DNA of 64,000 nt, taken from the NCBI GenBank assembly GCA_036676395.1, contig JAKFCY010000002.1:1888001-1952000 (forward strand). Direction: 5' to 3'. The position numbers were made by a program, and so were the translations under genes. This stretch comes from Bdellovibrio sp. Its GTDB lineage: Bacteria > Bdellovibrionota > Bdellovibrionia > Bdellovibrionales > Bdellovibrionaceae. Below, one piece after another: positions 20,687 through 30,878 of the stretch (within the stretch, counting starts at the first letter, position 1; every line of letters starts with the position of its first letter). The notes under the pieces were generated by a model. The model did not search any database. It was not told the DNA's origin and saw only the letters and a list, made by a program, of their open reading frames with translations.

Positions 20687-20793
20687 CTTATATTATCGGC
20701 TACTAAAAAAAAAGCGAAAGTCCACTAGACTCAGTTTCTGTTCACTTAAGCCGCTGCAGTAACCAAATACTATGTTATTTACAAAAAACACAG

Positions 20794-23700
20794 TTAATTA
20801 CCGACTTGAACCCAGGCCGCACCATCGCAGTATTTAAAACGGCTTGTTGCTGTAAAATACTGGTATTGCCCTGGAGCCCCAATTGGCGCAACACAACCCA
20901 CTCCCCCAGCACCTGGCGATGCCCCCATCGCAAAATAAGTTGTTCCTTTGCAATATTTCAGTGTCGATTGAACTGCATCGTAAATCACTTCACCATTTTT
21001 TGTACAAGCACCCAGCGAGACTGGCACTATATATTCAAATATAACCAGACTGCTGTTATCGGCTATGTAGCCTGTGTTGCCCGAAAAAGTCATATCTTTC
21101 GGAAAGCTGATCCCTGACGCCGTTGAATCCAACATCACTGGCGAGGCCGGAGTCGTGATATCAACCGTCGCTAATAATTTTGGCGAACCATTCACCAAAT
21201 GAAGATAGTTACCCACAATTCGCATCGCCCGCACATCCGTAAAACGGGCATCGACTAAACTTCCCGTAATTGATGGCACCGTCGGTGTTGTAATACTCAC
21301 TACCGTTAATTTTGTATTGGTACTTCCAACTACAAAAAGATTGTTACCCGAGATGACAACAGAGTCACAACTTTCAAAACCTGCATCTGACAGCGTAGCG
21401 ACAATGGTCATTGAAGCCGGATTAGCGATATTCACGACTTGAAGATCCTGCGAACTAGTGCACACATAAGCATAGTTACCAGAAATCGCAAAATCCATCG
21501 GGTTTACGATAGTAGCACTATCGTAAGTGACTTCGGTTGGCATTGAAGCAATTGACGTCGCCGAAAGTTTGTCAGCACCAAAACCATCCCGTATCCAGAA
21601 ATGATAATTTCCGGCAGTCTTACCTTTAAGCCCCGAACCAGACTGATAAATATCTGTGACAAACGACATCGCTGCTGGATTTGAAAAGTTAACTACCGCC
21701 CCCTGATAACCAGAGTTTGCTGTTCCAACAAAAGCATAGTTGCCTGACAAGGCCACACTTCTTCCCTCTTTAAGAGCGCCGTTATAAATCGTCGAAAGCA
21801 AAGCTGGGCTATCTGGATTAGAAACATTGACTGCCGTTAACCGTGAAGTATTCGCACTGATCACATAAGCAGTTGTGCCCGACACCGCTACAGAGTTTAC
21901 ACCCGATAGCCAACTGGCTTCATTGTACGGGTTATTGATTTGCCCTGGAATTTGTTTTGGGCTGATATCCAAAATCTGAAACACTCCGCCCGTTGTGACT
22001 TGATAAACATAATTACCAGAAACTTGCATCGTGGCAACTGATGCATGCGGCGAACCAGAAACTCGTCCGCCGAGTTCGACAGCTTGATTAGCTTTTAAAA
22101 CGCCCATGCCCATATAGTTGTAATCAGAATAATACGAAAAATAAAAATAATTACCGTTACCGGACATCTGACTGATGGAAGCAATCGGCGAATTGACCAC
22201 AAGTGCTGGCGCTGATGGCGTTGAAACATTAATTGTCGTGACTCCGGTTGATGTCGAGACGTAAATGTAGTTTCCATTTTTATAAATAGATTTCGGCGAC
22301 GGCAAATCAGTCGCACTCTGATAATAGCCAACTAAGGTTGGCGCATTGGGTGTAGCAATACTGATAATCACCATTGAGTTTGACGAATTACACGACACAT
22401 AAAGATAATTTCCGCTACGAACCATGCGGCTACAGGTCCCCAGCGCCGCATGACTAACTTGCGTGACATAGGTTGGTAATGCTTTATTGGTAATATCAAC
22501 TACGGTCAGCCCATTAGTTTTAGTCACATAAGCGTAATTTCCCGATACATATACAGCTTTGGCACTCACAAGGTTAGTGGCATCCAAAAGACGGCCACTG
22601 ACTGTCGGACTTGCCGAATTTGAAACATTCATGACGGTTAAATAATTTGAACCGACAACATAGGCGTAGCCTGATAAAGCAAAGACATCACTCGGCGCCG
22701 GAATATTTGTCGCATCTTGCCTGTAGCCTAAAAAAGCCGGAGCTGTCGGATTTGAAATATTAATTATAGAAAAAATATTTGAAGTTGCAGCTGTCGCATA
22801 AGCTAAGGTTCCAGAGACGGCTAATGAAACTGTTCCATTTAAACGCGCAATAACCGGAGCTGTCGCAAGTAAAGTTGCACTTGTCGGGGTTGATATCGAA
22901 TAACTTCGGATTGTTGTATTTGCGCCGCCTGAATTGGTCACCAGTGTCGTACCAACGATAGCAGGTAGACTGCCGGTATATGAATTGCCGACTGTCGGCG
23001 ATACAGGATTTGTGACGCTGACAATTTTACCATTCGTGTACAAATAAGAACCCTTGGCCGCTATGATTCCGCTGTATGCTGCATTGGTAAAATTGGCTGT
23101 CACTGCAGGGCTGGCTTTATTTGAAATATCTATGATGGTTAATTTATTAGAACCTGCATTGACATAAAGATAATTGCCGACCACAGCTAAACTATCAAAG
23201 GTACCTAAGTTAGTTGCATCTGATACGCTTCCCACCACCGTCGGAGATGCTGGATTGGAAATATCTAATATAGAAAGTGTATCGGTTGAATTAATTCCTG
23301 CATATAAATAATTTCCTAATATATACATCGCATTTGGCTTTGCTCCGAGTGTAGCTGTGGCAATGACGGCTGGTGCTGCTTTATTGGCGACGTCAATAAT
23401 TTTTATTCCAGTACTTATTGCCGCATACAAAGTGTTTCCAGAAACTTCTAAATCATCCACCGAACTTAATCCACTTAGCGTTGATACAAGCTCTGGTAAA
23501 TTAGGATTTGTAGCTACATCCACAATGGCCACTTCGCCCCAGTTTATCATCGACATATAGGCATAACTTCCGTCAAAAGCCACATCGTTGGCGCTGTAAT
23601 TAAAAGTGTGATTACTTTTATACTGACCTTTTTGCACAGGTGTTGTGGGAGCACTAATATCAATCACACCCAACTGCTCGGTAGACCCACCCAATAACAC

Positions 23701-24933
23701 GGCGTAGGTTCCAGACGCGGCCATCTTTGATACCCAAAGATCAGCACCGGGCAACTCTGCAACAGGTGGTAAAGTTAAAACCGGCTGCAGTCCCATATCC
23801 ATAACATGAACCGTGTCATTGCCAGGGTTTAAACACACCGCACGCTGAGAATCAGCACCGGCATGAGTACACGAAGCTCCGCTCGGCCCGGGAATTCCTA
23901 ATTGATAAATTGGATTCGCAGGCGCAGCTGAAGTGATATCAAAAACAGATATGTAATTGGTGCTATTGCGGCCATTACTTTGTACGCTGATGGCGTAATT
24001 TCCATACCGCGCCATATCTTTTGGATCCTCTAAACTGCTATCAGTCCAACTAGCTAACAGCGATGGGCTAGCCTTATTCGTCACATCGACAATAGTCATA
24101 TTTCCACTGGCCCCAGCTTCTGAAAGTACAGCTACGCGATTTGCGAAACTTCTGACTGCTTTAGCATAGGTATTAGAAAAATTTGAATCGGCATAAGTTC
24201 CAACAACCGACGGTGCGGTTGGCGTAGTTACATCCACCACTTGAAGTGATCCAACTGTGACGACATAAGCATAATTGCCTTCAACATCAAGAGCCCGCGC
24301 ATTAGCAATTGGCAAGGCCGCAGCAAGAGTCGGTGCCGCCGGGTTTGAAACATTGACGATCACTAATTTATTTTTGTTACCATCAAGTGCATAGGCATAG
24401 CTACCTTTCACCACTAACGCTTCAATATTGTAAAAGCTTGAACCTAAGTTTGTTGAATCGGTGTAAGTTCCGGCAACAACCGGAGCCGCAGGGTTTGCAA
24501 TATTGACGATAATAATTTTTTCAGCTTTGCGAATATATAAATAATTGCCAACGATGACACTTCGATCTGCATCAGTGAATGCTGAATGTGTTAGTGTTCC
24601 TGTTGTCGTGATACTATTAATGTTTGAGGAGTTAAGCACTACCAGTTTATCACCAGTAATCACATACACATTTGTTCCTGAAACGGCTGGCGCCACAGGG
24701 TTAGAAATTAAAGTTGTACGCGTGTCTTCTAATTGCGATCTAAAATTATAACCACCATATTTAACGCTCTTCCAATTCGTACCATCACAATATTGCAAAT
24801 CCGATGCACTGGCATCCCAGCGCATCGCTCCTGCATCACCAGTTGGTGATGCACAAACGGCAGATGCAAATTCTGCACTCAGCAAACATACGCCGGCTAG
24901 AAAAATTTTAATTAGGATCGGCATCAGCTTCAT
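20794..24933 (-). CDS. Secreted LVIVD-repeat multi-beta-propeller protein (1379 aa)
   Basis: Signal peptide; more than 20 repeats of type GNYAYV...L.IVDISNP.AP.LVG; Cys-pair C...G..Y/W...YC.G..W modules at both termini. Confidence 0.85.
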   Translation of the reverse strand: MKLMPILIKIFLAGVCLLSAEFASAVCASPTGDAGAMRWDASASDLQYCDGTNWKSVKYGGYNFRSQLEDTRTTLISNPVAPAVSGTNVYVITGDKLVVLNSSNINSITTTGTLTHSAFTDADRSVIVGNYLYIRKAEKIIIVNIANPAAPVVAGTYTDSTNLGSSFYNIEALVVKGSYAYALDGNKNKLVIVNVSNPAAPTLAAALPIANARALDVEGNYAYVVTVGSLQVVDVTTPTAPSVVGTYADSNFSNTYAKAVRSFANRVAVLSEAGASGNMTIVDVTNKASPSLLASWTDSSLEDPKDMARYGNYAISVQSNGRNSTNYISVFDITSAAPANPIYQLGIPGPSGASCTHAGADSQRAVCLNPGNDTVHVMDMGLQPVLTLPPVAELPGADLWVSKMAASGTYAVLLGGSTEQLGVIDISAPTTPVQKGQYKSNHTFNYSANDVAFDGSYAYMSMINWGEVAIVDVATNPNLPELVSTLSGLSSVDDLEVSGNTLYAAISTGIKIIDVANKAAPAVIATATLGAKPNAMYILGNYLYAGINSTDTLSILDISNPASPTVVGSVSDATNLGTFDSLAVVGNYLYVNAGSNKLTIIDISNKASPAVTANFTNAAYSGIIAAKGSYLYTNGKIVSVTNPVSPTVGNSYTGSLPAIVGTTLVTNSGGANTTIRSYSISTPTSATLLATAPVIARLNGTVSLAVSGTLAYATAATSNIFSIINISNPTAPAFLGYRQDATNIPAPSDVFALSGYAYVVGSNYLTVMNVSNSASPTVSGRLLDATNLVSAKAVYVSGNYAYVTKTNGLTVVDITNKALPTYVTQVSHAALGTCSRMVRSGNYLYVSCNSSNSMVIISIATPNAPTLVGYYQSATDLPSPKSIYKNGNYIYVSTSTGVTTINVSTPSAPALVVNSPIASISQMSGNGNYFYFSYYSDYNYMGMGVLKANQAVELGGRVSGSPHASVATMQVSGNYVYQVTTGGVFQILDISPKQIPGQINNPYNEASWLSGVNSVAVSGTTAYVISANTSRLTAVNVSNPDSPALLSTIYNGALKEGRSVALSGNYAFVGTANSGYQGAVVNFSNPAAMSFVTDIYQSGSGLKGKTAGNYHFWIRDGFGADKLSATSIASMPTEVTYDSATIVNPMDFAISGNYAYVCTSSQDLQVVNIANPASMTIVATLSDAGFESCDSVVISGNNLFVVGSTNTKLTVVSITTPTVPSITGSLVDARFTDVRAMRIVGNYLHLVNGSPKLLATVDITTPASPVMLDSTASGISFPKDMTFSGNTGYIADNSSLVIFEYIVPVSLGACTKNGEVIYDAVQSTLKYCKGTTYFAMGASPGAGGVGCVAPIGAPGQYQYFTATSRFKYCDGAAWVQVGN

Positions 24934-24935
24934 AC

Positions 24936-27900
24936 TTATCTGATTCCTAATTTTTTCTCGATCATTCGCAGACGATTTTCAAGTTCATTATTTTTTTCTT
25001 TAAGCTTGCCGTTTTCTTCATGCAATTCTTTAATTGAATTAATTAACGGTGCGATCAGATATTGATACTTTACGGCTTTGTAACCACTTTGACGGTCTGT
25101 CACAACAGCGTGTGGAAATACCTGTTCTAATTCTTGCGCGATAACCCCGGCATCATATTGGCCATTGGCTTTCCATTGGTAAGAATAGCCATTCAATTTT
25201 AAAACGGATTCTAAACCTGAAATTAGCTGAATATTTTTTTTAAGTCTGCCATCTGAAGTTGAAATAAAACTTGTGGCTTTAACACTGCCCGAGACTTCTA
25301 ATTTTTCTGACGGCGTTGTCGTGCCAATTCCGACATTGCCTGAACTATCAATTCTTAGCCTTTCTAAACTGTTAGTTGAAAAAGCAAGAACCTGTCCGCC
25401 CGGAGAAAACATACCCGAATTATGAACGCCGTTAAAAGTATATACCGGCGCAGCCGCAGTTCCAGAAGCGACATTAATTTTTACGCCGTTTGTCGCTGCA
25501 GAAATCATTGAACCATAACCAAAAGAAAACATTGTTGATCCATTAGCGACTAATGCAAACGAATCGGCATAGTCTTTATAAAAACCAGTATTGGTATCGG
25601 AAGCAAAAGCAATTGAAGGTGCACCTACAGTGCCATCTGAAACTTTAAGTGCACCCGTCATCGCGACAGAGCCGTCTTTCATAAAATCTCCGGCGACAGC
25701 CAACGCGGCTGGTGCCCATGCTGACCCGTTATAAGCTAACACTTGTCCAGATGTCGGCGCTGTCGCCAGCACACTTCGACCCTGAATACCATCTACTGTC
25801 AGCGAAGCTGAACCGGAAACCGACGACACATCACCGGCAAACGCAGGAAGCCTAGCCGCGGCCAATGTTCCGGTAGCACTTGCACTGCCTAAATTTAAAC
25901 TTGATACCGTTGCAAATCCACCCAGGCCTAAATTCGTTCGCGCAGTGGCACTTGAACTTAAATCTGATAAATTATTTGTTTTAACTAAGTAATTTCCTAA
26001 CACGGTACTGCTTGCCGGAACATAACCCAAAACCTGTGCAATGCTTGCAGCACTTGATGTGATTTTGTTTGTGAAGACTGTGTAATCTGCGTTGGATAAT
26101 AAACCCGCAGTTACAGAGCCTGCACTTGCCAATGGAATATTTAATGTATGAACTCCATTAGCTGTTACAAACAGCGGTGCTGTTCCTGTTATACCATGAG
26201 CAAAAGTTTGCGTACCTGAAGTTGAGCCGTTGAATGTTGTAATTCCACTGCCTGCAACACCGAATGCAGACCAGCTTGTGCCGTTACAAAATTCCACATT
26301 TTCTGAATTATATCTTAATGTTCCAGCAAAGCTTACAGCACAAGTTGCAGATTCCATACTGATTTGCAAACCACCCGATACTGATAATTTTGTCACAGGT
26401 GTTTTGCTTCCAATCCCGATATTACCTGTAGCAATTGTCGCACCTGAGCCGTTGAGGCTGGTTCCAAAAATAAGATTACCTATATTTAAAGTTCCTGACG
26501 ATGTCGCTGCGACGGTATTGATATTATTACCGATAACAATGTTATTTGCGCCTGTTGTTAAATTACCTGCTGAATAGGCACCAATCACAATATTATTATT
26601 TGCGCCGGTTGCAATATTTGTAGCAGCTTCATAACCGATGATTGTGGTGTTGCTGACATCCGAATTATTGCTCGGGCCATTACCAGCACCTGCTCCAACG
26701 TAAACATTTTGATGGCCTGTTTTATTTGTTCGCCCGGCGTTTAATCCAATACCTACGTTGTTAGTGCCTGACGTATTATTGTTTAGCGCACTTACTCCTA
26801 CCGCAGTATTATAATATCCAGTTGTATTATAGCTAAGCGCCGATCCACCCACTGCGGTATTTTCATTTCCCGTAGTGTTGTTCCATAATGTTTCAGCGCC
26901 GATGGCTGTATTAAATTGCCCCGAGGTATTTGCCTGTAGAGCATACCAACCAAAGGCTGCATTTTCGTAACTTGTAACTGATGATTCAAGTGTACCAAAA
27001 CCAAAAGCTGTATTTTGCCCGCCGTCTTGATTTGCTGCCATCGAATTTACACCGAAGGCTGTGCTTTCAGAATTATTTGAATCTTCAACTAAAGGCCATG
27101 AAGTTCCAGAGCCGACAAATAATCCACCATTTCCGGTATGCACATGAACGATGTCATTTAACGTAACTTGTGAACCACTAGTGACACGGCCTTTACTATC
27201 TACTGTGACTTTCGTATATTGTGCTCCGCTTGCTACACCAGAAAAAGTCATTAAACGCGCCTCAGAAATAATTCCGGTAGCACTTGCGCTTCCTAAATCT
27301 AAACTTGATACCGTGGCAAATCCACCTAAACCTAAATTCGCGCGTGCTGTTGCTGAACTTGTTAAATCAGATAAATTATTTGATTTTAAAACGTAATTAG
27401 AAAGTGTCGTCATGCTGACTTTATTCATCAGAGTAGTGTAATCAGAATTTGAAATTAAGCCTGCAGTTACAGCACCTGAAGAAGCTAAAGGAATATTTAA
27501 TGTGTGCATACCGTTTACCGTCACAAAAGCAGGAGTCGTTCCGGCTGTGCCATTCGCAAAGGTTTGGGTACCCGAAGTTGAACCGTTGAATGCTGTAATT
27601 CCACTGCCTGCAACTCCGAATGCTGACCATGTTGATCCATTACAGTACTCTACGTTGCCAGAATTATACCGCAAAGTTCCCGCGTAGCTTAGCGCACAAG
27701 GTGCAGATTCCATACTGATTTGAATTCCGCCTGAAACAGAAAGTTTTGTGATGGGTGTGTTTGTGCCGATGCCGACAGTTCCTGCAGAAGTGATTCTTAG
27801 GGACTCATTTCCACCGCTCAGGGTCTGAAACCGTATGTCACCACCGTTACCATCGGTATTATTGGTAATTTCTAATGTGTTGGCCGAATTCATGCGCATC

Positions 27901-29828
27901 ACATCGCGATTTTCAGTGTTAGCTGCATTTTTAAAACGAATACTGGCGTCATTATTCATAACAATGTGTCCACCGCTCATGAATAACCAACCAGTTAAAG
28001 TCTGATTACCTTCTACATATAAAGGTGTTGTCGGATTAACAGTGCCGATGCCCACATTACCACTTGCGTAGTTGATCGTCGTTCCCGACGTTGTCCATTG
28101 CGAACTGACCGCACCACTCGCTTGCGGTGTATACCCTAACGCTGTAGCGACATCACTAGCTGATAATTGTGCACCACTTGTGACACGGCCTTTGCCATCA
28201 ACAGTTACTTTTGTATATTGTGATCCACTTGTTACATTTGCAGAACTTGGTAAACGTGCTTCTGCTAATATACCTGTTGCACTTGCAGAGCCTAAATCTA
28301 AACTTGATACTGTGGCAAAACCACCTAAACCTAAATTCGTGCGCGCTGATGCACTTGAAGATAAATCACTTAGATTGTTTGTTTTAACTAAGTAATTTCC
28401 TAAAGCCGTACTGCTAGCCGGAGTGTATCCAAGAACTGAAATAACTGAAGCGCTAGTGGCACTCAGCTTATTAGCGAATGTTTGATAATCAGTATTTGAA
28501 ATTAAACCTGCAGTGACTGATCCTGCGGAGGCGAGCGGAATATTTAACGTGTGCACTCCGTTAACAGTCACGAACGCTGGCGTCGTGCCCGTTGTGCCAT
28601 TTGCGAAAGTTTGTGTCGCTGAAGCTGAACCATTTAAAATAGTGACCCCAGCGCTGGCCGCATTGGCCGGCGTATAACCTAAAGCTGAAACAACATCGCT
28701 TGAAGAAATTGTGGTTATCGTTTGGCTGGTCCATGACAAGTTGCCGCTGCCATCAGTTGTTAAAAATTGGCCACTTAGACCATCATCGCTTGGAAAAATT
28801 AAATTATAACCAGCTGATAGACTTATCGGCGCCTGCAGTCTGATCGAAAAAGCCGTACTAGGCTTAAAAATATCGACATAATTTGTTCTTGTACTGTTTG
28901 CGTAGACATCATTTGCCCAGATGTTTCCTGAAGAATCGCGAAGCAGTAAAGTATTTGCCGTATTTGATACCGCTGCCGCTGCAGAAATTTGCGCCGTGAT
29001 TTGCGTAGCTACCGCAGATGAACTGACCGGAGCATAACCTAAAGCATTTGCGATTTCTGTGCTGCTGACTGACATCTTAGTTTTAAATTCGGCGTAATCA
29101 GCAGCCGTTAAATAACCATCACTCGACATTGAAGCCACGCTGATTGAAATCACCGGCGCACTTGCAGATCCTGAAACCATGATGGGTGCAGTGCCTGAAA
29201 CAGAAAGTAGACCATCTGTGCTACTACTGCCTACAGCCACACAACCGAAAGAGGCTCCGTTAAACTGTAAGGCTTGCGAGACAGAGCAGGTTGGTATCGA
29301 AGTCACTTGGACAAAATCAAGATCGGTTTTTCCGTTCAATTGAGTCGAATTTTTAGCGTACATTGCATACGGCACATGATTAATATTCATTGCCGGTAAT
29401 GTTTGCCAACCAAGACCATCATGAAATTGCATCACAATTTTGCGCAGATCATTTGCGGCCGGAATATAAGCCGGAGGCCCACCTGCAGCACACGAAAGCG
29501 CTGTGCCATCGTTATTAAATACATCAGAAAAATTCACGCTACCGCTTACGGGAAAAGTTTTTATTCCCGAGCCCAAAGAAAAATTAACTAAACCGCCGCT
29601 GCCAGCCATATTAATGGTATTAAAATTTTCTGCATAGAGAATGCAGGCTCCCAAAGGATTTAAAATAGTAAAACGAAAATTTACGTTGGTTGATTCTAGA
29701 GGCGTGCCATCTGGCTTAATAATTTTTGCCTGATACGTGGTGTACATGCCTGCGGCTTGCGTTGAAAACGATAACAGCATAGCTATAGCAAAACTGAGGA
29801 CAGTGGTTATTTTTTTGAACATTCCCAT
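24936..29828 (-). CDS. Mosaic adhesive trimer (MAT)-type fibre adhesin with C-terminal S74 intramolecular chaperone
   Basis: Likely start ATG 29828 gives signal peptide MGMFKKITTVLSFAIAMLLSFSTQA. Typical Bdellovibrio N-domain TYQAKIIKPDGTPLE...C.LY.E; GNVGIGT fibre motifs; NTAVG beta-roll repeats; S74 domain TSDGRLKKNI...GVIAQE...VKYQYLIAPLINSIKEL plus coiled coil. Confidence 0.9.
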   Translation of the reverse strand: MGMFKKITTVLSFAIAMLLSFSTQAAGMYTTYQAKIIKPDGTPLESTNVNFRFTILNPLGACILYAENFNTINMAGSGGLVNFSLGSGIKTFPVSGSVNFSDVFNNDGTALSCAAGGPPAYIPAANDLRKIVMQFHDGLGWQTLPAMNINHVPYAMYAKNSTQLNGKTDLDFVQVTSIPTCSVSQALQFNGASFGCVAVGSSSTDGLLSVSGTAPIMVSGSASAPVISISVASMSSDGYLTAADYAEFKTKMSVSSTEIANALGYAPVSSSAVATQITAQISAAAAVSNTANTLLLRDSSGNIWANDVYANSTRTNYVDIFKPSTAFSIRLQAPISLSAGYNLIFPSDDGLSGQFLTTDGSGNLSWTSQTITTISSSDVVSALGYTPANAASAGVTILNGSASATQTFANGTTGTTPAFVTVNGVHTLNIPLASAGSVTAGLISNTDYQTFANKLSATSASVISVLGYTPASSTALGNYLVKTNNLSDLSSSASARTNLGLGGFATVSSLDLGSASATGILAEARLPSSANVTSGSQYTKVTVDGKGRVTSGAQLSASDVATALGYTPQASGAVSSQWTTSGTTINYASGNVGIGTVNPTTPLYVEGNQTLTGWLFMSGGHIVMNNDASIRFKNAANTENRDVMRMNSANTLEITNNTDGNGGDIRFQTLSGGNESLRITSAGTVGIGTNTPITKLSVSGGIQISMESAPCALSYAGTLRYNSGNVEYCNGSTWSAFGVAGSGITAFNGSTSGTQTFANGTAGTTPAFVTVNGMHTLNIPLASSGAVTAGLISNSDYTTLMNKVSMTTLSNYVLKSNNLSDLTSSATARANLGLGGFATVSSLDLGSASATGIISEARLMTFSGVASGAQYTKVTVDSKGRVTSGSQVTLNDIVHVHTGNGGLFVGSGTSWPLVEDSNNSESTAFGVNSMAANQDGGQNTAFGFGTLESSVTSYENAAFGWYALQANTSGQFNTAIGAETLWNNTTGNENTAVGGSALSYNTTGYYNTAVGVSALNNNTSGTNNVGIGLNAGRTNKTGHQNVYVGAGAGNGPSNNSDVSNTTIIGYEAATNIATGANNNIVIGAYSAGNLTTGANNIVIGNNINTVAATSSGTLNIGNLIFGTSLNGSGATIATGNIGIGSKTPVTKLSVSGGLQISMESATCAVSFAGTLRYNSENVEFCNGTSWSAFGVAGSGITTFNGSTSGTQTFAHGITGTAPLFVTANGVHTLNIPLASAGSVTAGLLSNADYTVFTNKITSSAASIAQVLGYVPASSTVLGNYLVKTNNLSDLSSSATARTNLGLGGFATVSSLNLGSASATGTLAAARLPAFAGDVSSVSGSASLTVDGIQGRSVLATAPTSGQVLAYNGSAWAPAALAVAGDFMKDGSVAMTGALKVSDGTVGAPSIAFASDTNTGFYKDYADSFALVANGSTMFSFGYGSMISAATNGVKINVASGTAAAPVYTFNGVHNSGMFSPGGQVLAFSTNSLERLRIDSSGNVGIGTTTPSEKLEVSGSVKATSFISTSDGRLKKNIQLISGLESVLKLNGYSYQWKANGQYDAGVIAQELEQVFPHAVVTDRQSGYKAVKYQYLIAPLINSIKELHEENGKLKEKNNELENRLRMIEKKLGIR
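25845..26427 (-). repeat. Fibre internal long repeat, copy C
   Basis: e.g. gcacttgcactgcctaaatttaaacttgataccgttgcaaatcc at ~25876, near-identical to copies at ~27280 and ~28279. Confidence 0.85.
27165..27783 (-). repeat. Fibre internal long repeat, copy B
   Basis: TKLSVSGG.QISMESA.C...TQTFA.G...HTLNIPLAS...NNLSDL...LGLGGFATVSSL.LGSASATG...QYTKVTVD.KGRVTSG. Confidence 0.85.
28165..28650 (-). repeat. Fibre internal long repeat, copy A
   Basis: Same TQTFANG...HTLNIPLAS...LGLGGFATVSSLDLG...YTKVTVDGKGRVTSG block, conserved at DNA level. Confidence 0.85.
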
Positions 29829-29835
29829 GTTTAGA

Positions 29836-29863
29836 TTATCGTCCGAAACAAAAAACCGCTTAA
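29836..29863 (-). promoter_or_regulatory. Sigma28 (FliA)-type promoter of the fibre operon
   Basis: TTAAG-N15-GACGATAA-N7-ATG(29828). Confidence 0.6.
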
Positions 29864-30076
29864 AAAACCAAATCGCCTGTAGACGCTCTAAAAGTATATT
29901 GGTAACTAAGCGCACCCAAGTAAGCAGTTTTCTATTTAACCCTTTGGTCCTGTTCAGCAGAGAAAACGATGCTTCTGTGTGAGACACTCAGATAGTGGTT
30001 TCCAAGCCATTGCCAAGTTACCATTTTTTTTCGAAAGAATTACTCTTTCAACAAAAATGAGTTAAGTTTGAAGACA

Positions 30077-30877
30077 ATGACTAATCAAGCCACTGAAGAT
30101 TACTTAAGAATTTTACAGAATGAATTTCAACAACGTAAACAAAAGAATAAAAAATACTCGTTGCGTGCCTTTGCTAAATTTCTTGGCGTAAGCCATGCTC
30201 TTTTATCATTAGTATTTCTTAAGAAAAAAGGGCTCTCACTTAAGATGGCTGAAAAAATCAGTGCGAAGCTGGCCTTAAGCCATTTAGAGCGTAATATTTT
30301 TGTCAGTAGCGTTGAAAAATGTTTTTCTCGCAGCGCCAATAAAAAAACCAAAGCTGGTCAGGTTTTAAAAGAACTACAAAAACAAAAACAATTCAAATCA
30401 CTGACTCAAGATACGGTTAGCCAGATTGATCATTGGGCTTATGTGGCCGTGTTCGAAGCTATTTACAGCAAAAAAGCCCTGACTACGAAAGAGCTTTGTT
30501 TCTTCTTCGATCAGAAGCCTTCACTGATCATAAAAGTTGTAGCCTATCTGCAAGAAATCTCAGCCATTGCTGATGAAAATGGCACATTTTCGGCTATTTC
30601 TTCATCCTTACAAACCAGCAATGATATTCCGGCTAAAGCCATGGTTAGTTATCACATTTCAATGGCCCAAAAAGCCATCAGTGCAATCCAACAACAGCCT
30701 GTGCATATGCGCGAATTTCAAAATGCTATCCTAACAGTCAACCAAGAGTCTTTAGGCGAAGCTAAAAAAATGATTCGTAATTTCATCCATGACTTTAACA
30801 CCCGTTTTTATGTGGACAACGATACCAGCCAGCTTTATTCCTTGTTTGTCAGTTTTTTTAAAATGGGAAAAGAATAA
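30077..30877 (+). CDS. TIGR02147/DUF4423-family HTH protein
   Basis: RKQKNKKYSLRAFAKFLGVS...LS, IDHWAYVAVFE, YH...REFQNAIL...LYSLFVSFF; ATG at 30077. Confidence 0.88.
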   Translation: MTNQATEDYLRILQNEFQQRKQKNKKYSLRAFAKFLGVSHALLSLVFLKKKGLSLKMAEKISAKLALSHLERNIFVSSVEKCFSRSANKKTKAGQVLKELQKQKQFKSLTQDTVSQIDHWAYVAVFEAIYSKKALTTKELCFFFDQKPSLIIKVVAYLQEISAIADENGTFSAISSSLQTSNDIPAKAMVSYHISMAQKAISAIQQQPVHMREFQNAILTVNQESLGEAKKMIRNFIHDFNTRFYVDNDTSQLYSLFVSFFKMGKE

Positions 30878-30878
30878 C

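Noticed and set aside
24936..29987. Diversity-generating retroelement or shufflon acting on the fibre repeats
   Set aside because: No reverse transcriptase or recombinase in the window. The repeats are direct and in-frame, and their differences are not obviously adenine-specific.
29829..29987. N-terminal extension of the fibre ORF given in the ORF track
   Set aside because: It spans the promoter region; the signal peptide starts at ATG 29828.
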